Shown here: positions 37,683-51,698 of the stretch, piece after piece
How the letters are laid out: each line of letters begins with the position of its first letter
Numbering within the stretch: position 1 is the stretch's first letter
NCBI GenBank assembly: GCA_964016885.1
Contig: OZ024746.1
Location: 69,316,001-69,380,000 of the forward strand
DNA length: 64,000 nt
Reading direction: 5' to 3'
Source: Eledone cirrhosa
Taxonomy: Eukaryota
Notes under the pieces: model-generated
What the model saw: the letters and a program-made list of their open reading frames with translations, nothing else
What the model was told of the DNA's origin: nothing
Databases searched by the model: none
Translations under genes and position numbers: made by a program

Positions 37683-39668
37683 TAGATGAATATTTGAGGA
37701 AAGTATAGGGTGAAATTATTATTCCACCTAGAAAAACTTCGATATTATTAGCATTGCTTACAATACTACAAGGTTGCTCAGTTCTTTGGGGACATTTACA
37801 TGCATGAATTTAGTAAAAGAAGCATAAGCCATGAAAGGAGAACTATTTGAGAAAATATCGAAAATATCGGCATGAATAATCTTGAGACTCTTCTTGACGT
37901 ATCTATTTAATGAATCCACTGTTAGCGTCGATGACTGCTTTAATACTTGGTCAGAAACGTTGACATTTCAAAATCAGATGATCTTAATGTATTTTGGACA
38001 TTGTGCTAGAAATTGTTATTTCGTGATCCTACATCTTTGGGATTTACTATGATGAACCTTGTCTATCATGTTTTGTAAGGTTATCTACGATTACATTATA
38101 TAACATTCTACTCGCTTGCGTCTCAGAAGATGTGGGAACCTCTATGGCATAGGTGAAATAAAAAGTGTTACCCACAGGGCGTTCTCGGAAGTATCCGTTT
38201 CCAATAGTGGAAGGGGCGGTCTGGATCGCAAGGTACTCTGACCATAGCTACTCACCATTCTGTGAGTATATTGCTTCTATTTGTTTTTATTCATTAATAT
38301 GTATTTATTTGCTAATTTAAAAACATTTTTCTCTTAATATATTATTGTTATACCTGATTTCGTCGACGTCAACATCGACTTTGACCTTCTTCCGGGGTGG
38401 ATAAAATAAAGTATCAGTCAAATTCTGGAGTTGATTTAATCAACTTTGCCCTTCCTCCAAATTTGCTGGACATATGCTTAAATTATGTTGCAATACGCAG
38501 TCTTGTCCGGGTTTATTAAAATCTACTCTAAATACGTCCACACGAATTCCTTATATTTTGAATTAATTACTGTGAAAAGATAATGGCAATCTTTATTTGA
38601 TCATGGAATATTAATTCATACAAAATTGTAGCATCCAAACAATTCAGAAGACGCATCATGTCGTGCTTCATCTCATAACCCCCACATCCATAATGTACAA
38701 CAGACTGAATATTTGAACATATAGTCCCAGATGATCTATTTGCTCATACCTCGGACAGTGCAATCTGATCAGAATGACATCAATGGGAAGGTGAAGATGT
38801 AAATTTATTTCTAAATTTGAAATTGAAAGCCGTTCATGTGAAATAGCTAACATTTCAAACCAACCTTTTATGTTAACTTAACGCCGAGTTAAGGAAAAAA
38901 CAAACAAAAAAAAAAAGCAAAAAAAAAAAAACAAGACAAAAAAAAACAACAACAAAAGCAGCTAAGTTTTCATCATTGTTTCCAGCCAATTCCGTTGTTC
39001 TCATACTGTAAATCTTTCATTTTCAGCTCTCATTAATTGAGTGCATGACATCTAGCGGGTCAGTGTGTGCTCTAACGTGACCACTTAGATACCGTATTTT
39101 CATCCCAGCCATATTAGAATCATTGCTTAAAAGCTAATCTAATCTATATAAGATGATAACAAAATTCTAAAATTTTTAGTTTTGGCCATTCATCAAGTGA
39201 CCTATAAGAAAGACATCATTTAACATTATATCAATCTTTAAATGTTGTATTACGTATGGGACACCTTGTATTTTGTTATTTCGGTTAATCTCAATTTAGT
39301 TAAACATCTAAAGACGTCAGTGCAAAATCGATAAAATATCTGTAATTCTGCCAAACTCTATCAGACTTCTTAGGTATTAATGTCCAGGAATGCTATTTCT
39401 ACAACATAGATTAGATGCTTATTATCAGAGTCTATAATTCTGAAAATGAAAAATATGAAGCGTAAAAAAAAGAAAAAGAAGCTTCAACATATCGTTGCTA
39501 TGACTGCAAGGTTATCCGGAACCACAAGTGGCCTAGTTTAGCAGTTTCCTACCTAAACTGTGTCGTATAATTTTCAAAGGGTTTTGAAGACACTATATAT
39601 ATGTATATATATATATATATATAGTGACAAAACATAAGTCAATTGCATGAACTCATAATCCTTTATTC

Positions 39669-39724
39669 ACTGCTATATATATTTCGATGATAGCCATTGA
39701 ATGGCTATGACCTCATCAGGCAGT
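39669..39724 (-). ncRNA. minimal type I hammerhead ribozyme
   Basis: minus strand: actgc CTGATGA ggtc-atagccat-tca-atggctat-catc GAAA tatata TA gcagt (5-bp stem I, long stem II, palindromic stem III). Confidence 0.8.
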
Positions 39725-40826
39725 TAGTCAGTTCTTAGATATGCCAGCTCGGTGTTTATAGTGTTGATGGGATCAGAGCCTTGGGACATATGAGCTTGTT
39801 AGGAATAATTTTATGTTGTCAGCAGGAATAGTCTTGATTCTCATTGGTCAGTTTGTAGATGGTAGTAGGTTGGTATTTGACCTCAAAGAGGCAGGTGGTG
39901 TTGTAAAGTTCAAACCGTCAGGCAAGATGACAATAGTTCCATATGACTGATTTTCACAAAAAGCATTCCTGGTCAGATATATATTCAATTAAGGTTAATA
40001 GAATGAAATAGATACTACAGGTCATTCTTAAATTGAGGAATTTATGTGGAGTGGTGCTACTGAAATTTATGGTTAGAGTAGAAAATTTACAAATAAAAAG
40101 ACTTATGTAGGTTGGATTGCACGTACACTCACACCCACCTCCACAGACACACACACATCCACACATACAAAATGTGGGGTGGTAATACTTAAAATATTGG
40201 TTGGAGTCTAATACTTAGATAGTTTAGAAAATTTAGAAATAAAAGGTTTATGTTGGTTGACTTGTACATACACTCACACCTACCCCCTCAGACACTCACA
40301 CATCTACACACACAAATCCATACAGGAGTGTATATATATATATGTATGCATGTATGTACGCACAAGTATATATATATATAAAATATATATATATACACAG
40401 AACATACATATATATAAAGTATATACATATAAAATATATATATATACATAAAATACACACATACATAAAATGTATACAGACATAAAACATACATACATAT
40501 ATATATAAAATGCACATACATATACATATATATATAAAATATATACATATATATACATACGTATATATAAAATACACATATATACACATATAAAATATAT
40601 ACATATATACACATGATATATATATACATATATATATAAAATCATTGGTCATTGGTACGGGGTGTAGGGGACCTACAGGGGGGCGGGGTGGGGGAGGGGG
40701 ATGGGGCGTCGTGGGAGGCCGTAACCGGGGTTTATCCATATAGCTTGAGGAAAGTTCCCGTCCTTAGGTGTCTGCAGGCACCGAATAAGTCGGCCCTTCT
40801 GTTTAATAACTTGGTTCCGCCATGAA

Positions 40827-40912
<86 letters not shown>

Positions 40913-41229
40913 CTCCCTTGGGGAGGGTCATATTTGTGTAATAATATTGCCAGAATTAATAACAGAACACACTCACTTTTTGGTCGGTTTTTGCTTCTGT
41001 GTTTTTATATCGTTTAATTTAATTTATCCGGTCCTCAATGTTACCATTGACTGACCAACGGTCAAACATACAGATACAATATAGACACACACAAACACAT
41101 AAATATAGTCTAACAAAGTTCTTTCGTTGCACATCTGCAGCATCGTCAGTGGTGCTATTATGTTTCCTCCTACGCCATCTTTATTTAGTCTGTTTATTTA
41201 TTTAGTCTGTTTATTTATTTAGTCTGTTT

Positions 41230-41260
<31 letters not shown>

Positions 41261-41300
41261 TATTTTAATTTTAATTTTATTATATATATATATATATATA

Positions 41301-41462
41301 TAGCTTTCACCGTATTTTTGACTAAAGGAATTTTAGCCTGATAATGGGGTTTAGAACTCTCAGATAAATGTACGTCAATATTCATCTTTTTCCATTTATC
41401 TGAGGGTTCTAAACCCCATTATCAGGCTAAAATTCCTTTAGTCAAAAATACGGTGAAAGCTA
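41301..41462. repeat. 70-bp inverted repeat embedded in (TA)n
   Basis: 41301-41370 versus 41393-41462, 1 mismatch. Confidence 0.9.
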
Positions 41463-41706
41463 TATATTTATTTATATATATATATATCGTTTCTGAATTT
41501 GTTTAGCAAGATTCTTTATCTGAAATCGTGTGTTGAAACAGAGTGTGTGACGAAAGAACTATGACAATATATAAACAACCATCTGGTTGTGGAACCAACC
41601 AACCAACCAGAGATTTATAAATTTATTATAAATTTATTATAATAAATTGAAGTGAAAGCAACTGGTGCGTGTGTTTCTTATTGGCAACATGACCCTCCCA
41701 AAGTAT

Positions 41707-41776
<70 letters not shown>

Positions 41777-41938
41777 AGGACGAGTGGTTACTCCTTCATT
41801 ACGTTTATTGGTTGGTGACGCGTGTTTCGCTATTGATCAGCTCGAGGTTCGATCTGTATCGATCTAGACCGACTCTGTAATCAATGGCTCGTAGGACGTC
41901 TTTGGAGGATATACATATATATCTATATATATATATAC

Positions 41939-41971
<33 letters not shown>

Positions 41972-41978
41972 CATATAC

Positions 41979-43182
41979 TTACGGGATCAATAAAATAAAG
42001 TACAAGTAAAGCACTGGGGTCGATTTCATCGACTTTTCACTCCCTCCCCCGAAATTGTTGGCCTTGTGCCTAAATCAGAAACCATTATTTTGAGGGCGGT
42101 GGTTTGGCAGTATCGGTAGAGCGTCGGGCAACATGCTTTATGGCATAGAGTTACGGCTATTTACGATCTAAGTTCAAATTCTGCCAAAGTGAGCTTTGCC
42201 TTTCCATCCTTATGGGGTCGATAAAATAAAGTACATTAATGCACTGGGGTAGATTTAAATCAGAAACTATAATTAGTAGACCTCATATAACCTAAACGTT
42301 ATTGTCAGCTGACTAGTTGTGTGACAACTGAGTGAGCTGCAACACAATATTTACGAAATAACAAAAAAAAAAAAAAAAAATCTGGGAAATATTTTCCCAA
42401 TGCAAAGTAAAATTTTAAGTGTATCCATTGAAAAGCATTTTGATGTTCTAACAATTCTACTAATTAATTTTTCCCGGATTCAGAAAAATATTGATTTCTG
42501 ATTGAGGCACAAGGCCAGCAAACTTGGGGGAAGGGCAAAGTTGATTAAATCAGCCTTAAGTACTTGACTGGTACTTTATTTTATCGACACCAGAATGATG
42601 AAAGGTGAAATTGACTTCGGCAGAATTTAAACTCAGAATGTTTAGAGCCGGAACAAATACCACAATAGCATTGTATCTGATGCTCTACTCATTATGCCAA
42701 TCCACCACCCCTTCAAGACTTCAGTAAATATTAAAAAGACAATAAATTTAACACCCGCTTCATGTATTGACAGCGTTTATTGAAGTCCGGTTGGTTTTTG
42801 TTTTCTTTACTTATTTGGTAAGAACAGAGTTGAATGAATCATATTCATTTACTTTGCCTTGGTCTTCCGTCTGTTCCGACGATGAGTGCTTCAGTTGTTC
42901 GAACAATAGAACAGTTAGCTCATGAAATTAACATGCAAGTGACTGAGCATTCCACAGACACGTGCGTCCTATACGTAATTCTCTGGAAAATTAAGCGTGA
43001 CACAGTGTCTGACAAGTTAAGCTATTTGAATTACAGGTACAGCTCATTTTTTTCCAGCTGAGTGAACTGGAGCAACGTGAAATATAGTGTCTTGCTCAAG
43101 GACACAATACGTCGCTGGGAATCGAATTTATGATCTTACTATTGTGAGCCGAACATTATAACCTCTAAGCCACACGCCTTTA
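41979..43182. mobile_element. SINE cluster (41979-42088 +, 42093-42270 +, 42500-42712 -, about 42880-43182 - CORE-like)
   Basis: family motifs as above. Confidence 0.8.
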
Positions 43183-43427
43183 CCATATATATATGTACGA
43201 CTGCCAGTCCATAGTGAACTAAAACAGAATATAACGTGATGTGGTGCGTATGTTTAATATCGCAGGAAGCATCTATTGTGATCCTCTTGAGAAATTTGAT
43301 ACTAAAGATTTAATCTTAATTTGAATATCGAAAGAAAAAAAAATCAAACATCGTTTTGCTGCTTGTGTCTTTTATAGTAAATATATATTTTGGAGAGGTT
43401 AAGCTAACTGTTAGTGTTACTTTACAT

Positions 43428-43746
43428 CGGGAGCGTGCAACAGGCTGCCCGCGGGCCACAATCTGGCCCGCCAGAACAGTCAGAGTGGCTCGCGATGACC
43501 ATTTTTAATTTTTACCTTGTAGGTTTATTCAGAATTTTTTTCGCAATCGTAATACAATTTTCTGTTAGTTGACCTATACTAAAGGGCTTCACTGAGAGGG
43601 TTATGTGTGTTATAATTTCCCAGTTCTATGTTATGGAAAGAAGTTGTGGTGAATCTTTGGAATAGTCCTTAATAAATATTAATGGCCTTAATAGTTGTTT
43701 CAATGTTCAAAAGTGGCCCGCCAATGGAATATGTTGCACACACCTG
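43428..43746. mobile_element. hAT (Charlie/MER58-like) MITE
   Basis: TIRs cgggagcgtgcaaca / tgttgcacacacctg; TSD ctttacat / ctttacac; gcccgcgggccaca..tggcccgcc subterminal motifs. Confidence 0.8.
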
Positions 43747-43831
43747 CTTTACACACACAAACACACGGAGAATACATACATGACATAAGTAACTAAGCAC
43801 TTTCAACATACACAAACATGTATGTATGTAT

Positions 43832-46764
43832 GTTTTCTCTTTCTCTTAATTTCGAGTATATTTTTTTGACCGGCCACCTTCCTGGTGGCAAGGTTGTAAA
43901 AGAAAAGAAATTGTCATCCTTGAATCGCAAGAATGTTTTGCAAATTTTGAAGGTGCCAGCTATCGCAGCCATTTGTAGACTATGAATTAGGGAGCTGCGC
44001 TTTTTGTCCGCAAATCCAAGTTAAGTCATACTTTGGTCCAAGTGGGTTGGTATATAACCCGTAGCACCAATAATGATGGGTATGAAGCTAAAGGTGTATC
44101 TTGGATACTGGATTTGTAAACTCCTCATCAATGGTCCGTAGATGTCCTCCTTCTCCTGTATTTTTCTGACAACGTTTACATCAAGTGGGCAGCTGATCTC
44201 CACAACAGAACACGTTTTCAATGTGTGGTCCCAAACTACAATATCAGGCCGGTTGGGCTTTAATTTGGTGGCAGTTTTTATTTTCAGGTTCCACCAGTAT
44301 TCCTTAGTGCCATCTGTCTCAATATATTCTTCCTCGTTTGTTGTTAATTTTGTTTTCCGAAGTGCGTTCCAGATGGTTCTAGCTATCCCATCGTGTCTCA
44401 TGGGGAGGTAGTAGCGAGATGACATTCTTTCGCAGCTGGCAACAATGTGGCTTACATCCTCGATCTTTGTTTTACATAGCCTACATTTATTGTCAGCTGC
44501 TGGCCCTCCTCTTTTGTGCAGCAGATATTTGGTAGGGAGTTCTTGTTCCTGTATTGCAGAGATATCCCTCAAGGTGCGATGTCATAAACTTGTCGGAACT
44601 CCATGCCAGGCTTTTTGAGTGGTTTATCCCCTCTATGGTCTGTGTTTTACGCCTCAAGTATCCATGCACAACTTTTTCTGTAAATTGGTCAATTTTTTTT
44701 ATCTTGTTTGAACATTGAATAGGATCTTCCGATTTCTCTGGGTGAGAGATTTATATCAGGCTTTATTCCATATCTCTCCTCCAGATCAGTCGCTATTCTA
44801 ATGATATTTCTTTTTTCATGGTCATAAACCTGGGCAAGATGGTTGCCAACCTTATTCCTCTGTTGAAGGTGTTGCTTCAGTGTTACTATCCGGGTCTCAT
44901 ATGTTGTTAATATTGATTTTAGACCCCGGCCACCTTCCTTGCGTGAGAAGTATAGCCTATCCACATCACCATTGATGTTAAAGTTCCCAGTAACAGTGAG
45001 AAGTTTTCGAGTTCTAACATCCATCTCACTTAGTTCTTGCAATGACCAGTTCAGTAGGCCAAATGTTGGCGTTAGAATTGGCACAGCATAAGTATTGTGG
45101 GCAATGTATTTGTTGTATGCTGACAGTTCTGATGACCATATTTTCTTTACTCTTCTGAGGTATTCAGTTCTGGTTCTCTCCTTATTTATGGGTCCATCAT
45201 ATCTGACATTCTCATCCTGTCCAAGATATCTGTAGTTGTCACCTGACTGCAGAGGTTGTATTGTCAGGCCGTTCATCTCTAGATTTCTAGAGGAGGGCAC
45301 AGCTCTTCAACGTTTTACTGCCAAATATGCACACTTGGACTCACCAAATTTCATTTTGATGTCGGTTGAAAATTGTGTAATGAGGTCCAATTGTTTCTTG
45401 ATGTCATTGATATTTGGCCCATACAACTTCAGGTCGTCAACAAAGAAAAGATGGGAGATACTTCTGGGCCCACTTCTTTGTCCACCTTGTTTCCTGAGTA
45501 GGTAAGATAGTGGATTCAGTGAGAGAACGAAGAGTAGCACTGACAAGCTATCACCCTGAAAGATGCCCTTCTGGTAATGTATCTTATCAATCTTAACCTG
45601 CTCCTTCCCACCTCTAAGGATCAAACTGGTGTACCAGTTCTTGGTCAGGCGTTCAACAGCAGCTACCAATGGTTGTGGGACTTTAGCTAACTGTAAAGCC
45701 TTAACAATCCACCCATGAGGTACACTATCAAATGCTTTTTGATAGTCCAGCCACACGACAGTCATGTTTCTGCGATTCTTTGTTGTTTTTTCCTGAATCA
45801 TTTTGTTAGTTAGTAGGTGATCTATGCAACCCCACACCTCCCTCTTTCCACCAGCTTGCTCAGGTGTTATGATGTTGTTGGTGATGTTGCACAGTGATCC
45901 TGTAAGAACAGGTTAAGGCACCCAGTATATAATTTATACATGATGTTTTGGCAGGCTATTGGGCGGTAATTTTTAGCAAGGGTGGTTTGGCTATTTTGGG
46001 GAATGAGGAGAGTAGAGGCAGTTGATAACCATCTGGGCAGTTCTTGTGTGCCCTTAATGGTTTCTGTAAACAGCCGTATGAGATCTTGCCGATAGAAAGT
46101 GAAATTCTTCAACCAGTATCCTGTAATGAGGTCTGGGCCTGGCGATTTCCTATTCGACATTTTCTGTAGAGCTGTTTCCAGTATTGACCCATCTATGTCA
46201 TATTGTTTTACCTCGACATGTTGGCGGTAGTCCTGTTCCAGTTCTTTTAGCCAATCAGCTTGTCTGTTGAATCCGTCATCCGTTTCCCATACAGATCTCC
46301 AGTAGCTCTCAACCTGTTCTTTTGAAGGGGTGTCATTTACAGAGATTGAGCTTTTGCCACCGAAGCTGCGATAAACTGATTTAGGATCTCTGGCAAACAA
46401 TCTATTTAGCACTTGTCGTTTATGTGCTGTTGACATATATTTCAGTCTTTCTGTTGTAGCTGTGAGTTGTTGTTTCAACTGGTGTAATTTGGAGTTCAAA
46501 GTTTTAAATTTTGTATCTCCAAATCGTCTCTCTAACTTTTTCTTTAGGTCTTCCTGGTGTCGTGTGAAGTTGCTCTCTATGTTGCATTACATAACGACTG
46601 CGATGTGTGAGATACTTCGTCTCAGGGACAAAATTTTGGATTTTAAATTTCGCATCCACGCTGGTTCAGGCTTTCTGCTTGTATCTTGATTGCGTGGTTT
46701 TAGATGTGTGTTATATGATAGCAATGTGACAGCTGAAACATATAACAAAACATTAAGCGTTTCA
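43832..46764 (-). mobile_element. 5'-truncated R4/Dong-clade LINE with RT, CCHC knuckle and RLE; few frameshifts; flanked by (TATG)n on both sides
   Basis: KSPGPDLITGYWLK, NYRPIAC, WLDYQKAFDSVPH, GIFQGDSLS, HLFFVDDLKLY, YRYLG, CRLC..KIEDVSHIVASC, RHD, RPDIVVWD, VVEISCP, PIIIGATG. Confidence 0.95.
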
Positions 46765-46846
46765 TGTATGTATGTATGTATGTATGTATGTATGTATGTA
46801 TGTATGTATGTATGTATGTATGTATGTATGTATGTATGTATGTATG
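46765..46846. repeat. (TATG)n microsatellite
   Basis: direct reading. Confidence 0.98.
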
Positions 46847-47130
46847 TCAGGTCACCAGTTGGTGCTACTGGTAACATGTATCCCAGTACAACCTGTCCCA
46901 TGTTCGGGTCGTTGGCGACTAAACTGGCAACCCCACCAAGGTTTCTTGGTGAGGAGGGTGACTTTGGACATCCTGCAGGACTAAAAACAAAACCTGTCAA
47001 AGGGCAAAGGAGCTCTTAAGAGTCAATGGCCATCCAAAATCACCGGGAAAGATGACCCCTTAGCCTTTGTCAAGGCAGAATTCTAGGAGAAGGAAAACTC
47101 TGATATAACACCTGCAACCCTGATGGTATC
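46846..47130 (+). mobile_element. RTE-type 5'UTR-like non-autonomous repeat
   Basis: second copy at 26990-27177; ctaggagaaggaaaactctga motif recalled from RTE/RTE-X leaders (not verified). Confidence 0.5.
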
Positions 47131-48401
47131 CAATGATGTTGACTTGTTCTTCTTTTTGGTAAATATCATCTTGGTTAAGAGAGTGGGACTGGCTTTGTGC
47201 AGTGCCTTTGCTCACTATAAAAGCTTCACGGCACAAGCATTGCTTTATATCTGGAGATCTCTCTGCACTTGTCGTCACATGGTACCATAGGCCCAGCACT
47301 ATGTGTCAATAATTGTCACAAGTGTAGTGTTTGTACCAGAGTTTTCAAGTCGCTGGCTGGACTAAAAAGTCACACTTGTTCAGCGCATCGGTAGGGGTTC
47401 TCCTACATGGATATACATTAGTGGCCGTACTCGAAAGCGAGTTGGCAGCCACCATGTATATGTATGTGTGCATGCATGCATACATGTATGTATGTTTGTT
47501 TGAAGAGATGTTGGTAGTTGGAGAAATTCGAAAAGTGGTAGAGAAAATATATGTATTTAGAGCAGTGATTGAAGGCGTCTTTCAACTATAGTCACTGGGA
47601 GTCTAAGTGTAAGGGGCGGATGGGTGGCGAGATTGGTATCTACATATGTGCAGACACCAGCTTTCAGGTATCAAGGCAGAGTTGGCCATCCTCAAGGAAT
47701 GAGTCTTGCTAGCTGGAATTGGTATTTCAACGCTTTCTCCAATCTGTCCGCTGTGAAAACGAGGTGGCTTGCTCCTGGGGTTTTGCACGCCAGGAAGCAT
47801 ACTCCGACACGCTCCGGGTTCGTATTATTAGGGTAGCGATGACTGTGTATTCTAGACTCCATGTCATAATCATAAACAACCTTTCAGAGTTTAATCTGCG
47901 TATAGAGTGTAACCTAGACAACAGAGATAGCCTGTGGATAAGGTGAAATATTTGTGTCTCTAAGAGGAAAGTGTGTGTGGTGTGTGTGTGTTAGTAGGAG
48001 GAAGTGACAAACCGAGTCTAGGTTGGATCAGAGTTCGCAGATTAGAGGTGGAAGAATTGTATAGTAGGTTTAGAGTTATTATTTTTTTTTATCTAGAGGA
48101 CTGTAGGCGGTGTCGATTCGTCATGAGATCACGATAACGATAACTCTGTCAAGAGTCTAGTCTTAAAACTTGCAATAAAGTAAGCAAGGAAATGGTATTA
48201 AACAGAGTGATGTGATATGGTTACTAGTCACCATCACCACCATTCTCCAAAACAAAAGTACCCTATACGTGCTCGCTCGATACGCTACATAGAACAGGCC
48301 TAGATTAGATAATGCAGAACTAGGTAGATGATGACTGAGAGCCCGCCATACGTATTAGCAGTGTCAAAAGTAACCGCGGTGAGCATTAAATTCAGAACAT
48401 G

Positions 48402-48877
48402 TCTATATGTATAAAGTTGTAGTTCCTGTCTGTCTGTTTGTTTGTTTGTTTGTTTGTTCACTGACTCCTCCTATCGTTTAACCATATATATTCTGAAACT
48501 ACATTGTCCAGGGTACTTGGATAAGTATATTTCATTTTAATCAAAGGGTTCTCCGGGGACACAAACCCCCGCTGAAATTTTTTTCCCTTCGATTTATATG
48601 AAATGACAAGATATGATGCCTATTCACAAACGTTTTGAATTGATATTTTGAAAAAATATATTTACAAGAAACAAAATAAGAATAAGATTTAATAATGTAC
48701 TTTTGATTTAATATATTACACAAAATAATGTTTTCCAATTTTTCATGCATTACATTTTACATTGAATAATATTGAAATGTAGTTTTTCTCCATAAATTAT
48801 ATCATTGATTTAAAATCAATCATCATTTTCTTACAAAAAAAGTGTGAAACGCAGCAAGGCGCGGGTAATTCGTCAAG
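48402..48877 (+). mobile_element. non-autonomous Helitron-like element
   Basis: 5' TCTATATgTATAAA followed by a (GTCT/GTTT)n tract; 3' GC-rich hairpin-like cgcagcaaggcgcgggt, then CAAG-T (CTAG-like). Confidence 0.5.
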
Positions 48878-49235
48878 TTTTATATAAATTTAAAGGATAT
48901 ATCAAAACATCGTTTTCATATATAAATTTTGAGAAACAAACTAGAATCATGTACATATATAGAGAGCAACAAACAATAAGTTGTTCTTTAAGTTACAAAT
49001 TCTAATAAGTTACACATTCTCAGACGGCTGTTTCTAGGAAACCCCGAATCTGAAGTTTATAATTCATTTTAATGATTGGTATCAATCATCAATTATCGAC
49101 TTTTTTAATAAACATCGTCAAGACCAACTTGACATATGAAAAACATTTTGTATACATCCTTTAAATTTATATAAATATATAAAATATATATTTGTGTGGG
49201 CGTGTGTGTGTGTGAATATATATATAATAATAATA

Positions 49236-49870
49236 ATAATAAATGTAATCTGAGTTTTTCGAATATTAATAATTGTTTCTACTTTAGGCACAAGGCCAGC
49301 AATTACCCAGTGCATTACTGGTACTTTATTTTATCGACCCCGTAAGGATGAAAGGCAAAGTCAACCTTGGCGGGATTTGAACTCAGATCGTAAAGGGACG
49401 TAACTATGCTGGTAAGCGAATATTAATAATAACATTCGATTCGTTTCAATTATGCGAATAAGCCTCAATTTTATAGCCATGTCAGTAGAATGAACACTTC
49501 ATTCTTGCTCTTGTGTTGGCATGCGATTTTTAAAAAAGCCTTGGAGTTAAAAATGAAAAAAAAAACCAAAACAATCAATCTCCCATCGGTTTCGACGATC
49601 AGCAAATCAGGCCGATCAGTCACTGTGTATTTTTGAAAATAGCATATATTTTCACTAGCTCTGAGAGTTTGGCAGGTGAACAGTGAGTTGTACTGATGAA
49701 GGGTCATACCCAGAAACATTAGTGTTTGCAGTTCTGTTCGCATGCCAACACAAGAGCACGAATGAAGTGTTCATTCTACTGACATGGCTATAAAATTGAA
49801 GCTTGTTTGCATAATTGCAAACGAATCGAATGTTCTTATTATTATTCGAAAAACTCAGATTACATTTATT
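49236..49870. repeat. inverted repeat with ~135-bp arms whose left arm is split by a SINE; hammerhead-like core in the spacer
   Basis: 49236-49273 plus 49431-49527 is the reverse complement of 49738-49870; CTGATGA-agggt-cat-accc-a-GAAA at 49693-49716. Confidence 0.8.
49274..49416 (-). mobile_element. 5'-truncated SINE with 14-bp TSD cgaatattaataat
   Basis: TSD at 49260-49273 and 49417-49430. Confidence 0.9.
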
Positions 49871-49956
49871 GTATTCAGCCATGTAGAGCGAAATTTTCTT
49901 ATATATATATATATATATATATAGTTAAAAGAATAGAGGTGTAACACACAAGTTAT

Positions 49957-50382
<426 letters not shown>

Positions 50383-50965
50383 GTGAAGGAGGAGGCCGAT
50401 AATTATTTTCTTCACATTAACTCTTAATATCTGGTAAATCGCTTAAGCAGTCTGTAAATGCATTCAGCTGTTACGGGATGATGGGAATTCCAGTTGATTT
50501 TTTTAAAAATAACAGCATACACGTATGTGAATAATTAGTCATTTTACTAATTGTAACACTATTATTGCATCACTGAGTTTCTAGAACCTTTAGTAGATCC
50601 TATGTGGATACAGGAAGAGCTATGTAGCTAAGGACTTATCTTTGTAAATATATGGTCCCAAGTCGCCTCCACGGCTGACATCGTGTATAGTTTTCTTTTA
50701 CCATAGACCCGGGTCAACCTAAGCCTTATGAATGGAGTAAATGGATTTATTTCACTTAATCGTACATACATATAAACACAATATATATATATATATAGTG
50801 GTGGAACACTGAAAGGTAATATCCGTAGTGGTAGAGCACTCAGTCGAGTTAGGTAGAAGTGGTTACACAACAGTTAGTTCACATGGTTATATGCCCATTC
50901 CGAGCTGAGGATCCGCTAAGGTAAAACAATTGTTCTCGGTATGGTGAACTAACTGTTGTGTAACC

Positions 50966-51048
<83 letters not shown>

Positions 51049-51061
51049 TATATATATATAT

Positions 51062-51168
<107 letters not shown>

Positions 51169-51260
51169 CGATGAAATACCAATGAAAGTTGGAAAATCAC
51201 TGATGAAGGACTAATTTTATTCATATGTAACCCATGTGCAACCACGCAGCACTCAATTCT

Positions 51261-51317
<57 letters not shown>

Positions 51318-51318
51318 C

Positions 51319-51408
<90 letters not shown>

Positions 51409-51653
51409 GTAAGTATGTATGTATACGTACATACATATATGTATACAGACGTACAGTAGCATGCATATATATATACATATATATATACACATATGCATAC
51501 AGGTACACATACATATATGCACGCATCAGTTTAGCCGACGTTTATTATAACGCCTGCTTTGTTCGTTTGTTTGTCAACAAATCGAACAGCCTGAATTTAT
51601 GCCATACGGTGTTAAGGCAACCACGTCACCTTTTTGTTCAACACTGACACAGG

Positions 51654-51698
51654 AACGATGTACTAGTTTCAAGCTTGTTAGCTATCATCAGCACCGTT
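51654..51698 (-). ncRNA. minimal type I hammerhead ribozyme
   Basis: aacggtg CTGATGA tagctaacaagctt GAAA ctag TA catcgtt on the minus strand. Confidence 0.85.

Noticed and set aside
47600-47950. Degenerate APE endonuclease fragment
   Set aside because: Only faint motif hints (GVCFL); not supportable without a profile search
51200-51235. CTGATGA as a hammerhead
   Set aside because: No downstream GAAA or stem I
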